A stretch of 24,000 nt of DNA from Methanospirillum hungatei JF-1 (lineage in GTDB: Archaea > Halobacteriota > Methanomicrobia > Methanomicrobiales > Methanospirillaceae). The DNA is taken from the NCBI RefSeq assembly GCF_000013445.1, contig NC_007796.1, forward strand, positions 756,936-780,935, written 5' to 3'. Made by a program: the position numbers and the translations under genes. Below the pieces are notes generated by a model. That model made no database searches, had not been told where the DNA came from, and saw only the letters and a list, made by a program, of their open reading frames with translations. Positions 8,608 to 16,787 of the stretch are shown here, piece by piece (position 1 is the stretch's first letter; every line of letters begins with the position of its first letter).

Positions 8608-10322
8608 AATTCAGATTCCTGAATTGATCCCAATTGAGTATAAACACTAATATCAACATTCATCAGATTTAAAATCTCTCGATGCTTTTGATTTATCCCA
8701 GTAATTGTGTAAAAAACCTGTTCACCATAAAATGAAACTAACAAATAAATCTCTTTGAAAAACTCAATAATTCTTTCAGTTTTAGGATTATTTACTATTT
8801 TCGTTGGATTATATTCGAAAAGACCACTCAAACCCTGACCTCTACTTTTCAGCGAATCCCTGACTTTTTTCTCAATAATAACAAGTGGTCTCATTACAAT
8901 AGTCAAAAACTTCACTAAACCATCAATTCTGTCATCTCGTTGAATAAACATTGGGGCAAGTGAAAGTGCCTTTCCCTTCAGCCGATGAAATTGATGCTCT
9001 ATGATATACTGATCACGGTAAGTCAGAACAACATCTTGCATCGATAATTCATTTTCTGGTTTATTTGTTACATATACCCTCCATCCTGATAATTCCTGCG
9101 CTTGTTGAAGGGCTTGCAAGTTAATAGTTGGTTTAACCTCAATTCTCGTCGATTGTTCAATTCTGGCGGGATTGTTTCCGTATTTTCGTTTTGGAGTATT
9201 ACTAATATGCTCGATATACTCAACTTCGAATACCGCTGTTAATCCCTTATCTCCAAGAATAGCATGTACTTTTTCTTTTGCTTCCTCGATTGTTCGGTAA
9301 ATTTTCTTTCCCTTTCCTCTTTTATTCATTGAATTTATCTCAAAGAAAGCTTTTTTTACTTGCTCTTCAAGTGATAATCTGAATTTATTTGCATGAGCAA
9401 ATGATTTTGCGTAGATTAGCCGTTCCTCCCAGGTTATGATTTTCCCCTCATATTCCATTGAATGAGATATTTTTTTCTCAAATCCTTCGGCTATAATCGC
9501 ATCGCTTCCATCATAGTACGATCGTGAAACTTGTGTGAAGGAAAGATTAGACTCCTGATGTGCTATGATTGCAGAATAAATTTCCTGAGTAGGATGAGAG
9601 ACTTCTGATAACGGGCATAAATAAAAGTCATTATTGATAGTCGTATACAAACGAGTTGCTATGGCACCCATTTTGCAATCTCCCACAAAAAGTAATCCAG
9701 ATTGTCCCGTAGATTTTTTCACCTTTTCCATTGCAGGGATATAGAGAGGATCATCAGCACAATTTCCAGGGACTACACTAACGGTGAGGGGCAAACCCAG
9801 CACATCAAGCACTGAAAGTACGATTTTTATTTGAGGGAGGGAGGCGTCATCTTTTGAGTTGCCAAATTGTATTAATCCGTTTTTATCGATAATTCCATTG
9901 CTGTTTACTGTTGTCATATCAAGACGGACGATGTTTTCATCCGTTAAACCATATATACGCAGTGTAGAACGATTTAATTCAGATTCAAATCGGTTCCAAA
10001 GTTCATTATTGTGCAATAGAGATAATATACGAGCCAAATGGTCATCAGTAAAGCATTTTGGACTAAATTGAAAACCAATCAATTTTTCCAGTAAATTTTT
10101 TTTGGTAGTAACCCACTTCTCCAAGGGACACATACGATGATCATTTTCGGTCAGGCAGTAGCAGATCCAAATGGCAATCGTTTCACCAATCGGCAAACCC
10201 ACCCAGTTTCTGTGAGGCGAATATACCTCATTCAAAATTCGTATGATTTGAAGTTCTTTTAATGTTTCAAAGATATATGGGATTCCGCCGATGTGTTCAA
10301 TTTGATGTGTCGGAGCGATCAT
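8589..10322 (-). CDS. DDE transposase, IS1634/IS4-like
   Basis: Candidate catalytic residues are VRLDMTT (D ~135), LFVGDCKMG (D ~215) and a distant YIIEHQFHRLK block with E-x6-K spacing. The long D-to-E spacer and the ~570-aa size fit IS1634-type enzymes. The stop codon lies inside the left IR. Confidence 0.85.
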   Translation of the reverse strand: MIAPTHQIEHIGGIPYIFETLKELQIIRILNEVYSPHRNWVGLPIGETIAIWICYCLTENDHRMCPLEKWVTTKKNLLEKLIGFQFSPKCFTDDHLARILSLLHNNELWNRFESELNRSTLRIYGLTDENIVRLDMTTVNSNGIIDKNGLIQFGNSKDDASLPQIKIVLSVLDVLGLPLTVSVVPGNCADDPLYIPAMEKVKKSTGQSGLLFVGDCKMGAIATRLYTTINNDFYLCPLSEVSHPTQEIYSAIIAHQESNLSFTQVSRSYYDGSDAIIAEGFEKKISHSMEYEGKIITWEERLIYAKSFAHANKFRLSLEEQVKKAFFEINSMNKRGKGKKIYRTIEEAKEKVHAILGDKGLTAVFEVEYIEHISNTPKRKYGNNPARIEQSTRIEVKPTINLQALQQAQELSGWRVYVTNKPENELSMQDVVLTYRDQYIIEHQFHRLKGKALSLAPMFIQRDDRIDGLVKFLTIVMRPLVIIEKKVRDSLKSRGQGLSGLFEYNPTKIVNNPKTERIIEFFKEIYLLVSFYGEQVFYTITGINQKHREILNLMNVDISVYTQLGSIQESEFKISER

Positions 10323-10383
10323 CCCATATATATGTACACTTCTCAGATATAAAGTTAAGCTTTATAATTTAACATTTACCTTA

Positions 10384-10403
10384 TAAGATCAGCGAAAGGT
10401 AAG
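10384..10403. repeat. IS right terminal inverted repeat
   Basis: TAAGATCAGCGAAAGGTAAG, the reverse-complement partner of 8588..8607. Confidence 0.7.
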
Positions 10404-10408
10404 TAATT
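10404..10408. repeat. Target-site duplication, right copy (TAATT)
   Basis: Identical to 8583..8587 and directly flanking the right IR. Confidence 0.55.
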
Positions 10409-10449
10409 ATTAGCTATAACCTTTATTCACAAATTTACAATTATTATAT

Positions 10450-10626
10450 ATGGAACCTGAAAAGATAAAATCAATTTTTGAAACTGAGGGTATCATTACA
10501 GAAATTCAATGTCCGAAAGCCTTTGAGATCTCTGAAAAGTACGGCATCTCAAAGATGGATATTGCAAAATACTGCAACACCAACAATGTAAAAATTCGTG
10601 CATGTCAACTTGGCTGCTTTAAATGA
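10450..10626 (+). CDS. Small (58 aa) four-cysteine protein of unknown function, translationally coupled to moeA
   Basis: Below the 60-aa cutoff of the ORF track. My translation is MEPEKIKSIFETEGIITEIQCPKAFEISEKYGISKMDIAKYCNTNNVKIRACQLGCFK*. Its TGA overlaps the moeA ATG (ATGA at 10623-10626). The ATG sits at the end of an AT-rich TATA-like stretch, so the mRNA may be leaderless. Confidence 0.55.
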   Translation: MEPEKIKSIFETEGIITEIQCPKAFEISEKYGISKMDIAKYCNTNNVKIRACQLGCFK

Positions 10627-11834
10627 GTCGGTTTCTTTCGGTCATCCCCGTCGATAATGCGAGGACCATTCTTTTAAGTCTTGCCAGAAAAACCACCGGT
10701 AAGACTATTCCCCTTGCAGATTCACATGGATATGTCCTGAGTGCTGATATCATATCAGATATCGATATTCCCGGTTTTGACCGTTCTACCGTTGACGGTT
10801 ATGCTGTTTGTGCCGCAGATACCATTGGTGCAGGAGAGAGTATTCCGGTCATGCTCCGGTTGTCAGGCAGGATAGAGATGGGTGATGAGCCATCGGGGAG
10901 TGTGTCTTCTGGGATCTGTATGTATATCCCGACCGGGGCGTATCTTCCACCAGGTGCTGATGCCGTGGTCATGGTTGAGTACTGCGAGGAGATGGGAAAT
11001 GATGTATTCATCTCAAAACCGGTAGCGGTCGGTGAGAACATTGTTTTCAGAGGTGAGGACTTTTCTTCGCAGAAACCAGCTCTTCATGCAGGCACACGAA
11101 TCTCTTCACGGGTTATGGGTGTCCTGGCCGCCTGTGGGGTTTCAGAAGTGCCGGTATCTGAAAAACCACGGGTTGCGATCATCTCAACGGGAAATGAGAT
11201 AGTCCCCGTATCAGACATTCCTAAAGGCGGGCAGATTCGGGATGTGAATACCTATCTGTGTGCAGGATTTATAGAGGAGGCGGGAGGTATTCCGGTTCCT
11301 GTCGGAATAGTCCGCGATGATCGGACCGCTCTTGAAGATGCACTCATACAGGCCATCAGTCAGACAGATATGGTACTCATATCAGGAGGAAGCTCAAAAG
11401 GTGAGCGGGATATGTGTGCGGATATCATCAGACAAAAAGGTGAACTGCTGGTACATGGTATCGCTCTCTCACCAGGAAAACCTACAATAATCGGCAAGGT
11501 TCATGAAAAACCGGTTATCGGTCTCCCTGGTCATCCTGCCTCGGCCTATGTTGTCTTACATGCTCTCGTCAGGGACCTGATTTATTGTATGACCGGCGAG
11601 ATTTCACATCCGATCCGGATATCAGGAATACTCACTTCTTCTGTTCCATCGGCAAAAGGAAGAGAAGATTATATCAGGGTTATGCTGAATGAAGATGCCA
11701 TAGCTCCGGTTTTTGGTAAATCAGGACTTACCAATACCCTTACCGCGAGTGACGGACTACTCTGTATTCCTGCAGATACTGAAGGGTATGAAAAAGGGAT
11801 CCGTGTTTTTGCAGAACCCTGGAGGAGTTTATGA
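10623..11834 (+). CDS. moeA: Molybdopterin molybdenum/tungsten-transferase MoeA
   Basis: Typical MoeA blocks: S.(V/M)DGYA, P.GADAVV, ISTG.E, R(D/N).N, SGG.S.G..D and PG.P. The 403-aa length fits. Confidence 0.9.
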   Translation: MSRFLSVIPVDNARTILLSLARKTTGKTIPLADSHGYVLSADIISDIDIPGFDRSTVDGYAVCAADTIGAGESIPVMLRLSGRIEMGDEPSGSVSSGICMYIPTGAYLPPGADAVVMVEYCEEMGNDVFISKPVAVGENIVFRGEDFSSQKPALHAGTRISSRVMGVLAACGVSEVPVSEKPRVAIISTGNEIVPVSDIPKGGQIRDVNTYLCAGFIEEAGGIPVPVGIVRDDRTALEDALIQAISQTDMVLISGGSSKGERDMCADIIRQKGELLVHGIALSPGKPTIIGKVHEKPVIGLPGHPASAYVVLHALVRDLIYCMTGEISHPIRISGILTSSVPSAKGREDYIRVMLNEDAIAPVFGKSGLTNTLTASDGLLCIPADTEGYEKGIRVFAEPWRSL

Positions 11835-13696
11835 CTGAACGATATCTCCAATTGAAATCCTTATCCGAAGGACTGAGGATGTTACAAAACCGTTTCCCGT
11901 TTGAGGCAGGAATTAAAACCGTGCCGGTTCAGGATTCAATCGGATTGGTAACTGCTCATGCTATTCATGCATCTCTCTCTTACCCTGCCGGTCATCTCTC
12001 TGCGATGGATGGTATTGCGGTAAAGTCAGGGGATACTCACGGAGCTACGGATCAGAACCCACTTATCATCACCGATTTTGTCCGGGTGAACACTGGAAAT
12101 CTCATCCCATCAGGATATGATGCCGTCATAATGATCGAGGATACGGAAGAGACCGATGATGGTTTTCAAATCCGTATGCCTGCATTTCCCTGGCAGCATA
12201 TCCGTCCCGTCGGTGAAGATATCGCTCTTGGAGAGATGATTCTGCCGGGGGGTCATACCATTCGGTCAGGAGATATCGGAGCGATGGCATCATACGGGAT
12301 TAGTGGTGTTGATGTTCTTTCGGTCAGAGTTGCTCTCATCCCAACCGGAAGTGAGATAGTTCCCCTGGGAACGATGCCAAAACCAGGGCAGGTTATTGAG
12401 AGTAATATGCTCATGGCTGCTGCTGAGATTTTGGAAAGCGGCGCCCATGTTACATTGTATCCAATAGTCCCAGATGAGCCTGAAAAAATCAGAGATGCCA
12501 TCACCGAAGCAGTGGCTTTTCATGACCTGGTCCTCATATCAGCCGGCTCATCAAAAGGGACAAAAGACTACACCAGCCGGATCATCAGTGAACTGGGAAC
12601 TGTTTTTGTGCACGGTCTTGCAATAAAGCCAGCAAAACCGGTTATATTTGGAGAAATATCAGGTAAGCCAGTCATTGGAATGCCAGGGTATCCGGTCGCC
12701 TGTCATACCATTCTTCGGGAAATTGTCCGGCCAATTCTCATATGGTATGGGCTGAATGTTCCCCGGTATCAGACAATTGAAGCCAGGCTGGCAGGGCCGC
12801 TCTATTCGGAGATTGGCATTGATGAATTTGTCCTGGTAACGACAGGAAAGATCAAAGATACATGGGTTGCTCTCCCTCAGAGTCGGGGGTCAGGTATCCA
12901 GATGAGTCTTGTCAGGTCGAACGGATACATCACTATTCCTGCTTCTTCTGAAGGATTTGAAGCAGGTTCTCTGGTTTCAGTGAAGGTCACGGTACCTTTG
13001 ACTGAGGCAGAACAGACCATTCTCATTACCGGCTCTCATGATCCCGTCATTGATCATCTGTCTGATCTTCTTAGAACCAGCGGTATATTCCCTGCATCCG
13101 TTCATGTCGGGAGTATGGGAGGCCTTATGGCATTAAAGAGGGGTGATTGTCATCTGGCCCCTATGCATCTCCTCTCAGATGATGGTGATTATAATATCGC
13201 ATTCCTGAAGCGGTACATGCCTGATGAAGAATTGATCCTTATCTGCATTGCCGAACGGGAACAGGGGATCGTCTCCAGGGATGGACTGAATTTTGATGCC
13301 ATTACTACGCATCGGTTTATAAACCGACAGAAAGGATCAGGGACCCGGATGTTGCTTGATTATATGTTAAAAGAGAAAGGAATCTCTTCTGAATCCATTC
13401 AGGGATATAATCGTGAAGTAACAACCCATCTTGCCGTCTGTCTTGCTGTTATGAGCGGGGATGCCGATCTTGGAATGGCAGTTCATTCAGCAGCAAAAGC
13501 ATATAATCTGCCATTCATACCGATCGGAACAGAGCGGTACGAACTTGTCGTGAGAAAAGAGATCTTTGAGTCAGATTCCAGGGTTCAAAGCCTTGTATCC
13601 CTCATTCAATCTGACGAATTCAAATCCCTCCTCTTCCGCCTCGGAGGATACAGAACGAATGAAACAGGAGCAATCAGGAGGATTTCTCCGATCTGA
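11831..13696 (+). CDS. MoeA paralog fused to a C-terminal PBP-like (periplasmic-binding-protein-fold, oxyanion-binding-type) domain
   Basis: The first ~400 aa repeat the MoeA blocks (SAMDGIAV, GYDAVIMIED, IPTGSEIV, ISAGSSKGTKD, IKPAKP). The last ~220 aa (ILITGSHDP...GSGTR...) resemble the PBP-like domain often fused to archaeal MoeA. The start overlaps the upstream moeA stop (ATGA). Confidence 0.85.
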   Translation: MTERYLQLKSLSEGLRMLQNRFPFEAGIKTVPVQDSIGLVTAHAIHASLSYPAGHLSAMDGIAVKSGDTHGATDQNPLIITDFVRVNTGNLIPSGYDAVIMIEDTEETDDGFQIRMPAFPWQHIRPVGEDIALGEMILPGGHTIRSGDIGAMASYGISGVDVLSVRVALIPTGSEIVPLGTMPKPGQVIESNMLMAAAEILESGAHVTLYPIVPDEPEKIRDAITEAVAFHDLVLISAGSSKGTKDYTSRIISELGTVFVHGLAIKPAKPVIFGEISGKPVIGMPGYPVACHTILREIVRPILIWYGLNVPRYQTIEARLAGPLYSEIGIDEFVLVTTGKIKDTWVALPQSRGSGIQMSLVRSNGYITIPASSEGFEAGSLVSVKVTVPLTEAEQTILITGSHDPVIDHLSDLLRTSGIFPASVHVGSMGGLMALKRGDCHLAPMHLLSDDGDYNIAFLKRYMPDEELILICIAEREQGIVSRDGLNFDAITTHRFINRQKGSGTRMLLDYMLKEKGISSESIQGYNREVTTHLAVCLAVMSGDADLGMAVHSAAKAYNLPFIPIGTERYELVVRKEIFESDSRVQSLVSLIQSDEFKSLLFRLGGYRTNETGAIRRISPI

Positions 13697-13698
13697 TT

Positions 13699-14307
13699 TT
13701 ATAAAAATGTTCCCGGGACCGCTGTGTTAACATATTCATAGAGGAGCCGCATAGCCCGTTTGTCCTGTTCTCCTCCACATCGGAGAACCAGTTCACCATG
13801 ATGACGGATAAACCGGGCAAGTTCAGGATCTTCATTGAGAATGAACCGGGTAGCATGGACCGTGGCTTCGATGATATTATTAAGACCCCGGTGAACCGGA
13901 ATTGGCAGGACCTGTGTGATATTCACATGGATTGGTTCAAGCCTTACAAAAAGTTTATCCGGTGTAGTATGTTCAATATGTGCATTACAGCATATCCAGT
14001 TCTGAATCCCTCGAAGCCGGTGAATGATTCGATTCCCGATCAGTTCCTGAATGAAGGATTCTTCTGAGAGATCTTCAAAGGCTGTTTTCACGAAAAGAAT
14101 CGGATCATGGGATATATGGGCAACAATCCATCCATTCCGTATAATATTTTGCGCGGTATGACTGGTCCGGAATACTATCATTGAGAGTGAATCATTCTTC
14201 CTGATAATGCCCATGGGGGCAGCATTATTATAGGTTGTAACGATCACCTCATTGATTCCTTCAGTGAATATCTGGTCTACCGGATCTGTTAATGGTCCCA
14301 CTCCCAT
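13699..14307 (-). CDS. DUF447-family protein (flavin-reductase-like split-barrel fold)
   Basis: The N-terminal GINEVIVTT...NAAPMGI motif and ~200-aa size match my recollection of DUF447. That family pairs with CitG-like genes in methanogens and in tetrahydromethanopterin-using bacteria. It overlaps the upstream gene by 19 nt. Confidence 0.65.
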   Translation of the reverse strand: MGVGPLTDPVDQIFTEGINEVIVTTYNNAAPMGIIRKNDSLSMIVFRTSHTAQNIIRNGWIVAHISHDPILFVKTAFEDLSEESFIQELIGNRIIHRLRGIQNWICCNAHIEHTTPDKLFVRLEPIHVNITQVLPIPVHRGLNNIIEATVHATRFILNEDPELARFIRHHGELVLRCGGEQDKRAMRLLYEYVNTAVPGTFL

Positions 14308-15107
14308 CCTTCTCCTAAGGCTACATAAAGCCCGGATATCATGATATCTGCCAATGAACCGGGGTTGTAACCGTTATCCAGACAGAATTCATCCAGCTGT
14401 GCAGAACGTATCTTCCCTGCCAATACCTGTGCAGCCTTCTCTCTGACAAGTTCTGATGCACTGACTCCGAACTTTTTCGCGATGAAGGTGTCCGGAAATT
14501 CTGATAATAGTTTTAGAAATACCTTTGATATAGGATTTATCTCGTTCTGATGAGTAATAAGCAGGTCGGCAGTATACCGGGTAAGAGGAAATCCCTGGGT
14601 TATTTCACGGGCGATAAGATCATGAGGTGCAGAATATTCCATGACATCAAAAAATGTCATCTTCCGCTTTATGAGTTCTTCTTTTGCCTTCGGGTCATTG
14701 ATGTCAAGTTCATCCTCGTCCCTGACCCTGACTGCTGTATGGGTAAAGGCATCATAAAAATCCAGGGCATCCTCGATGGTCGTCTGTCTTACAATTTCTG
14801 ATGCTTCCTTTATGGTGTCACCCATGATCAGGGGGATGAGCAATATAAAAGCCCCGAAATGGGTATTACCACCTTTATGTCGTCCTGTCAGGATAGTCGC
14901 TTCCCTGATAAGAGCACCAACAGAGCCCTTCCTTTGTTCAGCCTTTTCCAGGGCCGATCTACAGAAGATGACGGATGCCAGAAAATGCTCAAGTTTTGTG
15001 TCAGGATAGTCATGACACCGGTCTACATTCCCTGGCTTGTCCCAGGCGCAGACTTCAAAAGCCATAGCCATCTGCGCCCGTTCCGTTCTGCTGATTATAG
15101 GCCTCAT
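14289..15107 (-). CDS. Triphosphoribosyl-dephospho-CoA synthase (CitG/MdcB)-like protein
   Basis: KPGNVDR and GGNTHFGAFILLIPL correspond to the KPGLVD and NTHKG motifs of CitG. The ATG overlaps the upstream gene's stop (ATGA). Confidence 0.7.
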   Translation of the reverse strand: MRPIISRTERAQMAMAFEVCAWDKPGNVDRCHDYPDTKLEHFLASVIFCRSALEKAEQRKGSVGALIREATILTGRHKGGNTHFGAFILLIPLIMGDTIKEASEIVRQTTIEDALDFYDAFTHTAVRVRDEDELDINDPKAKEELIKRKMTFFDVMEYSAPHDLIAREITQGFPLTRYTADLLITHQNEINPISKVFLKLLSEFPDTFIAKKFGVSASELVREKAAQVLAGKIRSAQLDEFCLDNGYNPGSLADIMISGLYVALGEGWEWDH

Positions 15108-16207
15108 TTGAAGATTTTTTTCAGTAATTTTTTAGAGATCTCTCTTTTCAGATCCATGTAGGTGGATTTTTTAATTCCCGCCTGTCTGAGTGCCGCATCC
15201 CTGAACATACACGGCGTGGTGTCTTTACAGCAATATACAAGACTGCCAAAGCAGGTATTGGCTCCCTGCTCCAGAGGGGTCCCTGCGACGGCTTCCATCT
15301 TCATGGTAACGAACTCCTGCGGACTGATATTATAATGCTGGAGTTTGGGGAGGAGAGGACAGGGTTTGACCGGCATACAGCAAAATGCAAGCGATCTGAT
15401 ATCTCCTCCCCGGCAGAGCTGCTTTGGTGCATTATACCACCCATGTTCCTTTGTGTACTGTGCTATCTGCGCATACAGGGTCGAGAGGGTCTTTTTATCA
15501 GATTTCCGGGCAAGAGAGATCATATCAGCACCATGCGCAAACATCTCTTTTGCTTTTTCAAAGGTAGTAATACCATTATTGGCTATGATGAAAATCGGAG
15601 ATGTATCGCGGATTTTTTTCAGGTGGGTGTGATCAAAGTCCATGAGATCAATATGGAGGATATCAGCACCGGCTTTCCAGAGCAGACGGGACAATTCAAC
15701 ATCATCGGCAGCTATTCCTGCGCGAATCTTTACTGATACCAGCACCCCCGCAATTTTTAATGCCTGAACGTAGGATATCAGAACTTCTGGATGATGAAGA
15801 AGAAATTCTCCGCTTCGTGCATCTATCATCGGCTGCTGTCTGCAATGAGCATCAATCTCATAGATGACTGAATTCCCGAGTTCCTGCGCAAGGGCATTCA
15901 GAGAACCGGCTTCTGATGCCCGCAGATTAATAACCGGAACAACACCGGCTGCCTTGATGAGCGCTATCTGGCCCTTCAAATCATCGACGAGATTTCTCGG
16001 TAAAAATTCCTCCCTTCCCAGATCAGAGAGGACACGTGCTGCTTTTATAGTAGGTTCATCAATTGCATATCCGCCGATAATGCCAAGCCCGATATGATCC
16101 GCAAGATTACGAATATATGCACCATCAGTAATGCCTGCCATACAGGCTACCGCGATTGGTGTCTTTACCGGTTTATCACCGATAAAAAGATCGAAATTTG
16201 TATCCAT
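15104..16207 (-). CDS. TIM-barrel flavoprotein-like protein (dihydrouridine-synthase / DHODH-like) with a C-terminal Cys-rich extension; function unknown
   Basis: CMAGITDGAY, EIDAHCRQQP, VSVKIRAG and IIANNGI...A.GADMISLAR parallel the Dus-type barrel (PMAGVTD, D.N.GCP, KiR.G, NGdI...GaD.vM.gR). The last ~120 aa contain 9 Cys, including two CC pairs (LCRGG...FCCMPVKPC...CFGSLVYCCKDTTPC). Confidence 0.5.
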   Translation of the reverse strand: MDTNFDLFIGDKPVKTPIAVACMAGITDGAYIRNLADHIGLGIIGGYAIDEPTIKAARVLSDLGREEFLPRNLVDDLKGQIALIKAAGVVPVINLRASEAGSLNALAQELGNSVIYEIDAHCRQQPMIDARSGEFLLHHPEVLISYVQALKIAGVLVSVKIRAGIAADDVELSRLLWKAGADILHIDLMDFDHTHLKKIRDTSPIFIIANNGITTFEKAKEMFAHGADMISLARKSDKKTLSTLYAQIAQYTKEHGWYNAPKQLCRGGDIRSLAFCCMPVKPCPLLPKLQHYNISPQEFVTMKMEAVAGTPLEQGANTCFGSLVYCCKDTTPCMFRDAALRQAGIKKSTYMDLKREISKKLLKKIFK

Positions 16208-16385
16208 TATAATCCTTGTCCATAACCATCGATCGTTCTTATGTATAAGGTTCTCTGCATGTTTCTGGAAATAGGTATGAAAGCTATTTTAGGTTAACCT
16301 CTCTCATATGATCTATTTGATACATATTACGATAGAATATAACATTTGATAACTATTTTATTACGTGCAGTACTACCTACTGAGA

Positions 16386-16787
16386 ATGACAAAGACTGGT
16401 ATCCTCCTTGTAGGACATGGAAGTAAAAAGGAATACAACAAGAATCTCATCACCAAAACTGCGGAAATAATCGCTCAGAAGAATCCGGATTATATCGTTC
16501 GATGTGGATTTATGGAGTTTAATGAGCCGACTATTCGCGAATCACTTGATTCGTTCAAACAAGATGAAGTGGACAGTATTGCGGTTGTTCCACTCTTCCT
16601 TGCCCGTGGTGTTCATATTGATGAGGATATTCCCGGAATTCTCGGTCTTGCACCCGGTCAGAAGAAGGGCCTGTTCTCTCTTACAGGAAAAGAAGTCCCT
16701 CTTGTCTATGCAGATCCGATTGGACCCAACCCGCTCCTGGCAGATCTTATGATGGAGAATGCCAAAGCGGCTCTTGACCTGATCTGA
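16386..16787 (+). CDS. cfbA: Sirohydrochlorin nickel/cobalt chelatase, small CbiX type (CfbA)
   Basis: GILLVGHGSK ... VVPLFLARGVHIDEDIP is typical of CbiX(S). The track start at 16365 is GTG; I prefer the ATG at 16386. It is the first gene of a cfb-type cluster. Confidence 0.85.
   Translation: MTKTGILLVGHGSKKEYNKNLITKTAEIIAQKNPDYIVRCGFMEFNEPTIRESLDSFKQDEVDSIAVVPLFLARGVHIDEDIPGILGLAPGQKKGLFSLTGKEVPLVYADPIGPNPLLADLMMENAKAALDLI

Larger units (their letters stand above)
8588..10403 (-). mobile_element. Intact insertion sequence, IS1634-family-like (IS4 superfamily), ~1.8 kb
   Basis: A single 577-aa DDE transposase ORF fills the element. It has 20-bp imperfect terminal inverted repeats (18/20 match) and flanking 5-bp direct repeats. 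It is visibly more AT-rich than the flanking genes. Confidence 0.8.

Noticed and set aside
16275-16309. GTATGA ... TCATAT inverted half-sites reminiscent of the E. coli NikR operator (GTATGA-N16-TCATAC) upstream of the nickel-tetrapyrrole operon
   Set aside because: The spacing is 23 nt rather than 16, one half-site is imperfect, and such hexamers are expected by chance in AT-rich DNA. It is too weak to claim.
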